From IMG/VR virus record IMGVR_UViG_3300020044_004940, positions 1 to 25,429 of that record: 25,429 nt of DNA. One strand, written 5' to 3'. A program made the translations under genes and the position numbers. Position 1 is the first letter of the stretch. Every line of letters begins with the position of its first letter. Source of the stretch: a virus (Duplodnaviria; Caudoviricetes). The notes under the pieces are model-generated. The model was not told the origin of the DNA and ran no database searches. It saw only the letters and a list, made by a program, of their open reading frames with translations. Below, piece after piece: positions 15,357-23,290 of the stretch.

Positions 15357-15357
15357 A

Positions 15358-15386
15358 TTGCCCTTTCCCCAGCGCATGGATATTGT
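15358..15386 (+). promoter_or_regulatory. Sigma70-like promoter for the RHH gene
   Basis: TTGCCC-N17-TATTGT, 20 nt upstream of ATG 15407. Confidence 0.55.
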
Positions 15387-15406
15387 GTGGCAAAATGGGG
15401 AAACAC

Positions 15407-15562
15407 ATGGCCACCTACCGCAAAGACCCGTCTGGAAATATCAGCAAAACCATCCACTGCCGCCTGACCGAAGAAGAACACGCCGCCATCGTGGCGAAAG
15501 CCGACGCCGCCGGGCTGTCCATCACCAAATACGTCGTCCGGGCGTTGCTGGCTGCTGAGTGA
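15407..15562 (+). CDS. Ribbon-helix-helix DNA-binding protein (CopG/MobC-like)
   Basis: 'TIHCRLTEEEHAAIVAKADAAGLSITKYV' fits the RHH strand-helix-G-x-S-helix pattern. Confidence 0.8.
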   Translation: MATYRKDPSGNISKTIHCRLTEEEHAAIVAKADAAGLSITKYVVRALLAAE

Positions 15563-15783
15563 TGATTGTCCGATCTAAGCCGGAAAAAGAATGCCTGCGG
15601 ATCGGAGCAAGCGGCGCAGAGCCTTCGCACAAGCAAAAGCTGGCCACGATCATCGACGTGCATGAACTCAAGGGATACATGCTCCACCTTCACCGGGAAG
15701 GCATGCTAGACGATGCCGCACGGGCAGACATAGCCAGCCGCCTAGCTGATCTTGAAGCGTTCTATGGCCGCAAGTTTGCCTGA
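15559..15783 (+). CDS. Hypothetical protein
   Basis: GTGA overlap with the RHH gene; 74 aa; converges on the VRR-NUC gene. Confidence 0.65.
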   Translation: MMIVRSKPEKECLRIGASGAEPSHKQKLATIIDVHELKGYMLHLHREGMLDDAARADIASRLADLEAFYGRKFA

Positions 15784-16217
15784 TCGCTAGACGCCAGCCA
15801 CGCGCCAAGAGCCTGCCAAGCGGCGTCACAGCCAAGAGCCACGCAGGCAAAGGCACCAACCCCAGCAGCAGCCTCAAGATACTCGCGCTGCCCGTCCTGC
15901 CATCGCCCCTGCGTAGGATCGCGGCGCTTCAATTCACAGACAAACGTCACCCGCCCAGGGATGATGATGTCGGCGGCCCCCGGCGTCATGCCTTCGGCCT
16001 TGTGCCTAGCAACGGCACGAAGCTGGCCGCCTGCCCGCAGGCCCTCGTTGCGCGGATGAATGGCAAGCGCGCCCCATGTGCTGGGATATTCTCGGCGCAG
16101 GCGATTAAAGAACGTGATCTGCTCTTGGCTTTCGGCGGCGCATTGCCCGCGAAAACCTATGTCGCCAAATGTCACCACGCCACGCTCGGCCAGTTCTTGG
16201 AAGTCACTCAGCCGCAT
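15762..16217 (-). CDS. VRR-NUC domain nuclease
   Basis: 'HPRNEG...KAEGMTPGAADIII...FVCELKR...QREYL' PD-(D/E)XK pattern; GGAG RBS before ATG 16217. Confidence 0.85.
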   Translation of the reverse strand: MRLSDFQELAERGVVTFGDIGFRGQCAAESQEQITFFNRLRREYPSTWGALAIHPRNEGLRAGGQLRAVARHKAEGMTPGAADIIIPGRVTFVCELKRRDPTQGRWQDGQREYLEAAAGVGAFACVALGCDAAWQALGAWLASSDQANLRP

Positions 16218-18069
16218 GTTTCTCTCCATCATCAAACGGGTCCCATTCAGGCTCCGGCTTATCGTCTGGACCCTCATCAGCGGCGCGATTATAGGCCCTG
16301 ATGTCAAAGAAGCCTGACCCGGCATCCTTGATATATGTCACAGTGCGCGGCGCAACCTTGCCGCCATCTGTCACCGCATCAAAGGCCTGCCAGGCAACCT
16401 GCCCCTTGACGTGTGGCGCTTCTGGCAGAAACCATGTCGCAAACTGGCGATGCGGCGTCACCCATTCCACGCGCATCGTGCGGTTGCCGGATCTGCTAAC
16501 GCTAGGCGCGCAGGACATGCTCACAACCTTGTCGGTTTGCAGCCGCGTTGGGTCTTTCTTCAGCGCCTTGAAGTCCGCCACCAGCTTATCATTCGGGTTT
16601 ACGATCTCGCCCTTGCAGGTAATGCAATATCGCGCGGCGATGTCGTTTGGCCCTTGGCAGTGGGGGCATTCCTTAAACGTCCAGCGATAGTCGCACCGCT
16701 CGTATTCGCCGCGCTTGCCTGATTGCACCAGCCCCAAGCACCGCCGACCGAAATGCGCCGAAATTGGCCCGAAGTCGGACATGACCTGATGTCCGTCCAG
16801 ATCGAGAATATATCCAGCCTCATCTTTGCGATAGGCCAGATATAGCGGGTTGGCCGTGAAGCTGTTTTCATAGGTGCAGGATGGGCAGACGCATGTCATG
16901 CCACCCTCGCCAGCGGCTGCCTTGCCAGCCTTAACTACTGGCGCGAACAGATCTCCATCTGGGCAATGGTCATCGAGGTTGGTGGTATAGTCCAGCACCA
17001 AGCAATCAGCCTTGCCGGGATGCAGGCGAAGCCCGCGCCCGATGATCTGCTGCAACAGCCCCACGCTTTCAGTCTTGCGAAGGATGGCTATCAGGTCAAC
17101 GTGGCTGGCGTCAAAGCCCGTCGTCAGCACGGAGACGTTGACCAGATATTTGATCTGCTGCGCCTTGAACCGTGTCAGGATGCTGTCGCGCTTTGCCTTC
17201 GGCGTTTCGCCTGTGACGATCTCGGACAGTTCTGGCGGCAGGCTCGCCATTATTTCGTCAGCGTGCTTCAGCGTTGCCGCAAAGAACATGACGCCCCTGC
17301 GGTTCTGCGCCTGCGCCACCACGTCGCCCACGATGGCAGCCGTCTTGCGCCCGTGGCCGTGATACGCGCGATCAATCGCCGCCGTGTCGAATTGCCCCCG
17401 GCTGTTCAGCGTCAGGCTGCTGGTGTCGTATCCTTTGGCGTTGATCTGGCCAATCACCGGCGGCGTTAGAAAGCCCATTTCGATCAGCGCCCGCGCATCT
17501 ATTTTATAGACGCACTTTGCAAAGTATGGCTCGCGTGCCGTGTCTTCGCCGTTGATCCTGCCGTTGTCATGCTCTCGGAATATCCACCCAGACCCCAATC
17601 GGTAAGGCGTGGCTGTCAGCCCGCAGACGCGCAGGTTGGGGTTGCCCATCCGCATAGCGTCAATGATGCCTCGCACCGTTGGCGTGATGCCGTGCGCCTC
17701 GTCCAGAATGACCAGCGCATAACCTTCCGGGCCTTCCTTTTGAAACCGGCTGATCTTGTTTTTGACGGTCAGCGGCGACCCAAAAACCACGGGATGCCGC
17801 AATTCCTTGCCGCCAGCGCTGGCCGAAAACACGCTTGCGCGGTTGCCGGTGGCTAAGAACTTCTCTCGGTTCTGCACCACCAACTCCGCGCTTGGCGCAA
17901 GGCACAGCACGCGCTTGCCCGTCATTTGGTGGATCACGCGGGCGATCTCTGCGATGATGTGCGACTTGCCCGCGCCCGTGGCCGCGTCGATGATAAAAGG
18001 CGCAGTGCTGCCCTTCATCCAGTCCAGCGCGGCTTGAGTGGCATCTGCTTGGTATGGGCGCAGGGTCAT
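16204..18069 (-). CDS. Superfamily 2 DNA helicase (RadD/YejH-like) with C-terminal Cys clusters
   Basis: LRPYQ (Q motif), ATGAGKS (I), DEAH (II), TATP (III), LTTGFD (V), QIIGRGLR (VI); CPSC, CPHC and CITC. Confidence 0.95.
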   Translation of the reverse strand: MTLRPYQADATQAALDWMKGSTAPFIIDAATGAGKSHIIAEIARVIHQMTGKRVLCLAPSAELVVQNREKFLATGNRASVFSASAGGKELRHPVVFGSPLTVKNKISRFQKEGPEGYALVILDEAHGITPTVRGIIDAMRMGNPNLRVCGLTATPYRLGSGWIFREHDNGRINGEDTAREPYFAKCVYKIDARALIEMGFLTPPVIGQINAKGYDTSSLTLNSRGQFDTAAIDRAYHGHGRKTAAIVGDVVAQAQNRRGVMFFAATLKHADEIMASLPPELSEIVTGETPKAKRDSILTRFKAQQIKYLVNVSVLTTGFDASHVDLIAILRKTESVGLLQQIIGRGLRLHPGKADCLVLDYTTNLDDHCPDGDLFAPVVKAGKAAAGEGGMTCVCPSCTYENSFTANPLYLAYRKDEAGYILDLDGHQVMSDFGPISAHFGRRCLGLVQSGKRGEYERCDYRWTFKECPHCQGPNDIAARYCITCKGEIVNPNDKLVADFKALKKDPTRLQTDKVVSMSCAPSVSRSGNRTMRVEWVTPHRQFATWFLPEAPHVKGQVAWQAFDAVTDGGKVAPRTVTYIKDAGSGFFDIRAYNRAADEGPDDKPEPEWDPFDDGEKHAAE

Positions 18070-18629
18070 CTTGGCGTCTCCCCATGCTCAAATCTTGCGC
18101 TTAACGCCTTCCTGACTGGGCAATATTCTTCCCTGTAAGAGCGCCCTATAAATACAGTTGCTTCAAAATAATCGCTTGCATCCCAGAACGATGGCCTTCC
18201 CCTGTAAAGAGGTTCCATAACCCACTGCCTTCCTCCGTCCCCGTTATATGGAAGCGTTCCATTGTATAGTTTGTAGTCTGGTGGTCCATCCAAGATGATG
18301 AAATCGCCATACCCTTTCAGGATTTTGTTTTCCCAGTCGTCTCGGTCATTGTCCTGCAACAACGCATCTTGGAAAGCTTTTACCTTTGAGTCATTAAGGC
18401 TGTCTTCGCTTGGCTTAACTTCAATCAGAAAAAGATATTCATCTCCATTTCCGTCTGTGCCAAACAGCTTGAAGTCTGGAAGATAATGTGTTCCGCATGG
18501 CAAAACGTATCCTTCTGGCTCGTATTCCCATTTATAGCCACATGCGTCGAAGAACACCGCCCACCGCGCTTCAAGGCGGCTGCGGAAGCGGTATCCTTTG
18601 TATCGGGTTTCAATAGCTTTGATGGTCAT
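18066..18629 (-). CDS. PD-(D/E)XK-family endonuclease-like protein, low GC
   Basis: 'YKGYRFRSRLEARWAVFFD...WEYEPEG...YLPDF...IEVKP'; visibly AT-richer than its neighbours; ATGA overlaps at both ends. Confidence 0.8.
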   Translation of the reverse strand: MTIKAIETRYKGYRFRSRLEARWAVFFDACGYKWEYEPEGYVLPCGTHYLPDFKLFGTDGNGDEYLFLIEVKPSEDSLNDSKVKAFQDALLQDNDRDDWENKILKGYGDFIILDGPPDYKLYNGTLPYNGDGGRQWVMEPLYRGRPSFWDASDYFEATVFIGRSYREEYCPVRKALSARFEHGETPR

Positions 18630-19489
18630 TTCACACCCCAATAGCTGGACGCCTTCCCGCGATACTTTTCGAGGTCAGCATCTGGAAGCAGCGCCTTGAC
18701 CGCCTTGGCATAGGCAATCGCGCCAGCCTTTTCCGTCTTGGTCAGCTTGCGCCCTGCGAAGATGCTGTTTTTCTCGCCAGCGATCCGCACCATATCGGCC
18801 AGCAGTTCCTTCTTGCGTTCCTCTGCACGGTCCAGCGCCTCGCAAATCTGGTCATATTCGGCCATGATGCGGTGCGCCTCTGGCGTGTCGATGATCTGCC
18901 GCTTTGGCTCAAGATGGATCGAAGGATCTTCTCGCTCGGCCAGATATTCGGCATAGAACTGTCGCAGGCGCGGCAGGTTTTCATCCTGCCATGCAGTGTT
19001 GACCTTAACGCGATCCAAGGCAGAGCCGCGCGGCGACCATTGGTAAAAGTCCCACCAAGGCCTGCCGGTGACCCACATAGAAAACTGGATCTGGTCGTAA
19101 TAATGCGGCTGCTCTTCAAGCGTCTTGAATGCCGGCACCTCGTCTTTCCGCAGGCCAAACGGGCATTTGATCTCCAACCCGTAATTGTCGCTCACAAACC
19201 CGTCAGGGCTGCACCCAGCCCAATCCTCGCGCGTGACAAAGCCCACCGCTTGGACCGCGTTGCCCGTCTCCATCTGATATTCGGTCAGCGCGCCTGCCTC
19301 GTTGCGCGTGCCGTATTCGGTGGCGATGTTGCCCTCAAACTCCGTCGGCGCTCCGACCCACTCCCGGACCATGCGGCGCATCACATCATCGCGCGTGGCA
19401 TATGGCGCGCGCCCAAGGATCGCCCCGACGCTCGATGCCGTGATCCGACCCCGGCGCGCTGCAAACCATTCGTCTGTTCTTTGTTCCAT
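18626..19489 (-). CDS. YqaJ / lambda-exonuclease family protein
   Basis: 'EQRTDEWFAARRGRITAS', 'GTRNE', 'CSPDG', 'LEIKCP', 'YYDQIQ'; GGAG RBS before ATG 19489. Confidence 0.93.
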   Translation of the reverse strand: MEQRTDEWFAARRGRITASSVGAILGRAPYATRDDVMRRMVREWVGAPTEFEGNIATEYGTRNEAGALTEYQMETGNAVQAVGFVTREDWAGCSPDGFVSDNYGLEIKCPFGLRKDEVPAFKTLEEQPHYYDQIQFSMWVTGRPWWDFYQWSPRGSALDRVKVNTAWQDENLPRLRQFYAEYLAEREDPSIHLEPKRQIIDTPEAHRIMAEYDQICEALDRAEERKKELLADMVRIAGEKNSIFAGRKLTKTEKAGAIAYAKAVKALLPDADLEKYRGKASSYWGVK

Positions 19490-19593
19490 TTTCGGCTCCA
19501 ACCGTTTATTGTGAAGTTGCCAGCGCCGCGCCTCTGAATGCTCAGGGTAATCGGCTCCAACCTTCGTGGCGCTGGCGATCCGTTTGCTTTCGC
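19490..19593 (-). promoter_or_regulatory. Structured intercistronic element with a duplicated RBS 12-mer
   Basis: GGTTGGAGCCGA occurs twice (19551-62 and 19492-503); 9-bp stem 19519-27/19568-76. Confidence 0.55.
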
Positions 19594-20244
19594 TTAGATG
19601 CGCCACTCCGGGGCAAACGGTATTTCATCATCCATCATTGCGGGCTTGGCATACCCACCAGCCGCAGGCGCTGCGCCGAAGTCATCACGGCTGCGCTGCG
19701 GTGCAGATCCACCCGCCGAGGCAGGCTTGGGATCGGCAATGTGAATGTCTTTGCTGTTCTTGGACGCCACAGCCGAAACCCAGTTGCCGCGCATGGTGCC
19801 GCCGTTGCGCGTGTCTGGCATTTCCCATTCCATCATGGTGCAGACCATCGGCTTATTGGCGAGGTGCAGCAGGTCATCGCTGCTCGGGATGCCAGGCTTT
19901 TGCGTCAGCTTGCCGCCTGCGTTGGCATCAATCGCGGCCAGCATCTTCCGTGCCTTGTCCCGCTTTTTGACCGCCGCCGATTGATCCTTGGTGCTGGGAT
20001 CAAAGTCAGTCACCCACAGCTTGTGAAAGACTTTGCGGTTTTTGTATTCATCCGGCGCCAGCACCGTCCAGCGCGCGGAAATGAATTCCTCGCCGGTCTG
20101 CTTCCGCTCCCACTTGATATCATCAATCAAGGCCAGGACGGACGACCCTGCCGGGATCGGGTCCATGTTGCCAGTCGGCACCTCATATTCTGTGCCGGTG
20201 TTCTTGGCGGTATCGCCGTCGCTCAGATCCCAGAAAGACATCAT
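19594..20244 (-). CDS. Single-stranded DNA-binding-like protein (DUF669-type)
   Basis: 'PIPAG', 'YKNRKVF', flexible Gly/Ala/Pro linker and acidic 'DDEIPF' tail; lies between the AAA ATPase and the exonuclease. Confidence 0.75.
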   Translation of the reverse strand: MMSFWDLSDGDTAKNTGTEYEVPTGNMDPIPAGSSVLALIDDIKWERKQTGEEFISARWTVLAPDEYKNRKVFHKLWVTDFDPSTKDQSAAVKKRDKARKMLAAIDANAGGKLTQKPGIPSSDDLLHLANKPMVCTMMEWEMPDTRNGGTMRGNWVSAVASKNSKDIHIADPKPASAGGSAPQRSRDDFGAAPAAGGYAKPAMMDDEIPFAPEWRI

Positions 20245-21041
20245 TCAGCCCCTTCGTCGGTGGTGTTGGTTTGTGCCGGTGCATTGCCGCCCAGCGATGG
20301 AATGACCGCTGCAAGCGGGTTTTGGCCGAGGTTGTATTCCAGCGGCTCGGTGATGCCGTAGCGGTTCTTGGAGACGTTGGCCGCCGTGGCATGGACAACC
20401 ATTTCCAGATCGCCCGTGCTGATCGCCTTCTTGCGGTCTCCGTCTTCGCCCTTAGTGAATGTCACCAGCCGCAGGAACCCAACCACATCCACGTCGTCGG
20501 TATAGGGCGGCTGAGACTTCGGCGGCAGGCGCAGGGTCCAGCGCATGTAGTCGTCAACGTCGGGCAGCTTCAGCGTCTCAACATCTGCGTGCGCCACGAA
20601 GACGACATGCATTCCGCGCTTTTCATTTGCCAGCCCAGCGCCCTTGCGAACACGCTGATGCATGGCCGAAACCGCAGCCGTGCCAGCGCCGTATCCGCCG
20701 AGGGCTTGGTTGATGCTCTTGGCCTTCGGATCTTGCGCCATGACATCAGCCACAAACAGCCGCTCCAGCGCGGTCACGCTGTCAATCACCAGCGTCTGGT
20801 AATCGTGCGGCTCGTGGATCACAGCCGTGATCTGCTCCCAAAGCTGATTGGCATTTTGCAGCAGCGGAAAAGCGTCTGGCCGCTTATGCGCCGGAATTGC
20901 CTGCATCCCATCCTCGGCGCGGATAAAGATCGGCTTGGGAAAAGCCGCCGCAAGGCTCGTTTTGCCCCGCCCAGCATCGCCGCAAATAGTCACGATCACA
21001 GGCCGATCGATCGGCTTGCGGGCTAGTTCCATGATGGACAT
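20241..21041 (-). CDS. AAA_24 / Sak4-like P-loop ATPase (recombination)
   Basis: Walker A GDAGRGKT, Walker B 'TLVIDS', 'GGYGAG', 'AH', 'KNRY'; AAAGGA RBS before ATG 21041. Confidence 0.88.
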   Translation of the reverse strand: MSIMELARKPIDRPVIVTICGDAGRGKTSLAAAFPKPIFIRAEDGMQAIPAHKRPDAFPLLQNANQLWEQITAVIHEPHDYQTLVIDSVTALERLFVADVMAQDPKAKSINQALGGYGAGTAAVSAMHQRVRKGAGLANEKRGMHVVFVAHADVETLKLPDVDDYMRWTLRLPPKSQPPYTDDVDVVGFLRLVTFTKGEDGDRKKAISTGDLEMVVHATAANVSKNRYGITEPLEYNLGQNPLAAVIPSLGGNAPAQTNTTDEGAE

Positions 21042-21111
21042 GGAATGGTTCCTTTCATATTCGGCACCCTGTGCCTTGCGTGGCGGGTCACGCTCCAAAT
21101 CCCGCAACGCC

Positions 21112-21154
21112 ACATTGCATCTTGCATTGTCTTATGTCAATAGGGCAAGATGCA
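21112..21154. promoter_or_regulatory. Divergent promoter/operator region
   Basis: Leftward TTGACA (21140-35)-N17-CAATGT (21117-12); perfect 10-bp inverted repeat TGCATCTTGC (21116-25)/GCAAGATGCA (21145-54). Confidence 0.7.
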
Positions 21155-21175
21155 CAAATATAGGAGGAAATCAAA

Positions 21176-21364
21176 ATGCTTACACTGGGCCAAATACGGT
21201 CATTTCTTGCAGACCGCCGACTAGATGTTGTGTCGGAGAAGACTGGGCTGCATCGCAACACGCTCGCCGCGATCCGCGACGGTATCAACGAAAACCCGAC
21301 GCTCAAGACCATAGAAGCGCTGTCGGATTATTTCGCGGGCCAGTGCGAAAGGGTCGCGCGATGA
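21176..21364 (+). CDS. Cro/XRE-family HTH regulator
   Basis: AGGAGG RBS; 'VSEKTGLHRNTLAAIRDG..ENPTLKTIEALSDYF'. Confidence 0.88.
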   Translation: MLTLGQIRSFLADRRLDVVSEKTGLHRNTLAAIRDGINENPTLKTIEALSDYFAGQCERVAR

Positions 21365-21756
21365 TTGCCGATGACTTCGCGGCATGGCGCGCAACCTATG
21401 TCGCGCAGCGTGCCGTTGCAGATCTGGACGCCTGGGCATCGCACGACCCGGAGGGCGCGGCGTGGGGCGCCTATGACTGGCTGCACATGAACGAGGCGGG
21501 CTTGCCTGTCGTGGCGCTGGTTGACGGCAGGGCGCGGGAGGATGCAAGGTTCTGGGCCGAGACAGCGCACCCGGCGGAGTTGGAATGCTACGCCCTGGCG
21601 GCTGTTGATCGGCTTGGCGGGATCAGCGGTGGCCACGCGCTCTTTGCTTCAAGGCAGATCAAGCGCTTGGCTGGCGCGTTATTCAAGCGCATGTCACCCG
21701 CAGAGCAAGCCGCATTTGCGAAATGGATAAAGGATCAAGTTGATGAGCGCGGATGA
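21361..21756 (+). CDS. Hypothetical protein
   Basis: ATGA overlap with the HTH gene; 131 aa, MIADDFAAW... Confidence 0.75.
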   Translation: MIADDFAAWRATYVAQRAVADLDAWASHDPEGAAWGAYDWLHMNEAGLPVVALVDGRAREDARFWAETAHPAELECYALAAVDRLGGISGGHALFASRQIKRLAGALFKRMSPAEQAAFAKWIKDQVDERG

Positions 21757-23245
21757 TTTCGCAGATTTTCAGGCGGGCTATAACGGCGCAAAATTCGGCG
21801 CGCAGCCATCGCAGTCCTATGCCGACGACTTCAGCGCCGAAGACTTCGCGCCACCCGCCCCGGAAAAGCCTGAGAGCAACGACCGCTTTCCCCCGCCGTT
21901 CTCGCTGGACGGCATCGATCTGCTGACCCCGCCAGGCTTTGTCGGTGACGTTGCCGCGTGGATCGACAGCCAATGCCGCTACCCGCGCCGTAGGCTGGCC
22001 GTGGCGTCGGCTCTAACCGCCATTGGCAACATAGGTGGCCTGCGCCACGAAGACGCGCGTGACGGCGTTACAGCGAACCTGCTGGCCTTCTGTGTGGCGG
22101 CATCAGCCACCGGCAAGGAGGCCGTGATGCAGGCGACGACTGATCTGCACATCGCCGCTGGGGTGCATTACGCGCTGCAAGGCGGGATCAAGTCAGAGCA
22201 GGAAATCATCCGCAACCTGATTGAGCATCAGCCCGCATATTACATCATCGACGAGATCGGGATTTTCCTGATCAAGGTCCGCAACGCCCAGCGCCGTGGC
22301 GGTGCCGCATATCTGGAAAGCGTCTTCGGCGCGATCATGTCGGGCTATTCCAAGGCGAACAGCCGGCTGATGCTGAACGGCGACACGAAGCGGGAACTCC
22401 GCAAGATATACGGGGCAATCGCTGCCAAGTCTGAGGATGATGGCCGAGAGGATCAGGCCGCCCGCGCAAAGCGGATGCTCAAGATGGTGGATGAGGGGCT
22501 GGACCGCCCGTTTCTGTCGGTGGTTGGGTTTACGACGCCAGGCACGTTTGACCAGATCATGGACGGCGAGACAGCCACGCAGGGCTTCGTGGGGCGCGCG
22601 ATTATCGTGGCCGAGACGGACAATAACCCGGAAGAGCGCAGCAAATTCCGCAAGCGACCCATGCCCGAGGGTTTGGCGATGAAGCTGGCGCAGATCTTTC
22701 ACGGCGGCAACTTTGACATCATGGAGGCGCAGGGCGCGCGGGTTGAATATGCGGGCGACCGAGAGTTGGTGCTGACTGATGATGACGCCAGCAACATGCT
22801 GGAGAGCATTTCCAAGTGGCTGCATTCATATGCCGAGGAAATGGGCGAGAACACCGGCGAGGCGTCCGTGGCGATGATCCGGCGCGCCTATGAGTTGATT
22901 GCAAAGATCAGCTTTATTCTGGCCATCCCAACGGCGCGCAGAACCGCAGAGCATGTGCGCTGGGCCTTCGCTTATGTGCGCGCTGAACTTGATGCCAAGA
23001 TCAAGCTGGTGTTCGCTAACGACAACGGCAAGGACCGCCCCGAAGAGGCGATTGCGGCGAGGGTGATCAATTACATTGACCCGGAAAAGGGCGCGTCAAC
23101 GCGGGTGCTGGCGAACAGAATGAAGGTGAAGACCGAGGTCATCGAGCCGATCCTGGCCAAGATGGAAGCCCACGCGATGATCCGCAGGCAAGATGGCCAG
23201 AGAAAAAGGGCTGGGAAGATACCAGACATATGGATGATCGTCTGA
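21743..23245 (+). CDS. Replication P-loop NTPase/helicase (DUF3987-like) with a probable C-terminal winged helix
   Basis: Walker A-like 'AASATGKE', Walker B 'YYIIDEIG', 'PFLSVVGFTTP', 'GFVGR'; followed by a terminator and an origin-like region. Confidence 0.75.
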   Translation: MSADDFADFQAGYNGAKFGAQPSQSYADDFSAEDFAPPAPEKPESNDRFPPPFSLDGIDLLTPPGFVGDVAAWIDSQCRYPRRRLAVASALTAIGNIGGLRHEDARDGVTANLLAFCVAASATGKEAVMQATTDLHIAAGVHYALQGGIKSEQEIIRNLIEHQPAYYIIDEIGIFLIKVRNAQRRGGAAYLESVFGAIMSGYSKANSRLMLNGDTKRELRKIYGAIAAKSEDDGREDQAARAKRMLKMVDEGLDRPFLSVVGFTTPGTFDQIMDGETATQGFVGRAIIVAETDNNPEERSKFRKRPMPEGLAMKLAQIFHGGNFDIMEAQGARVEYAGDRELVLTDDDASNMLESISKWLHSYAEEMGENTGEASVAMIRRAYELIAKISFILAIPTARRTAEHVRWAFAYVRAELDAKIKLVFANDNGKDRPEEAIAARVINYIDPEKGASTRVLANRMKVKTEVIEPILAKMEAHAMIRRQDGQRKRAGKIPDIWMIV

Positions 23246-23252
23246 CTTTTGG

Positions 23253-23277
23253 AAAGCGCGCCTTCGGGCGCGTTTTT
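23253..23277 (+). terminator. Intrinsic terminator, possibly bidirectional
   Basis: AAA-GCGCGCC-TTCG-GGCGCGT-TTTT, with a cUUCGg tetraloop. Confidence 0.85.
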
Positions 23278-23290
23278 CGTCTGCTGGCGG

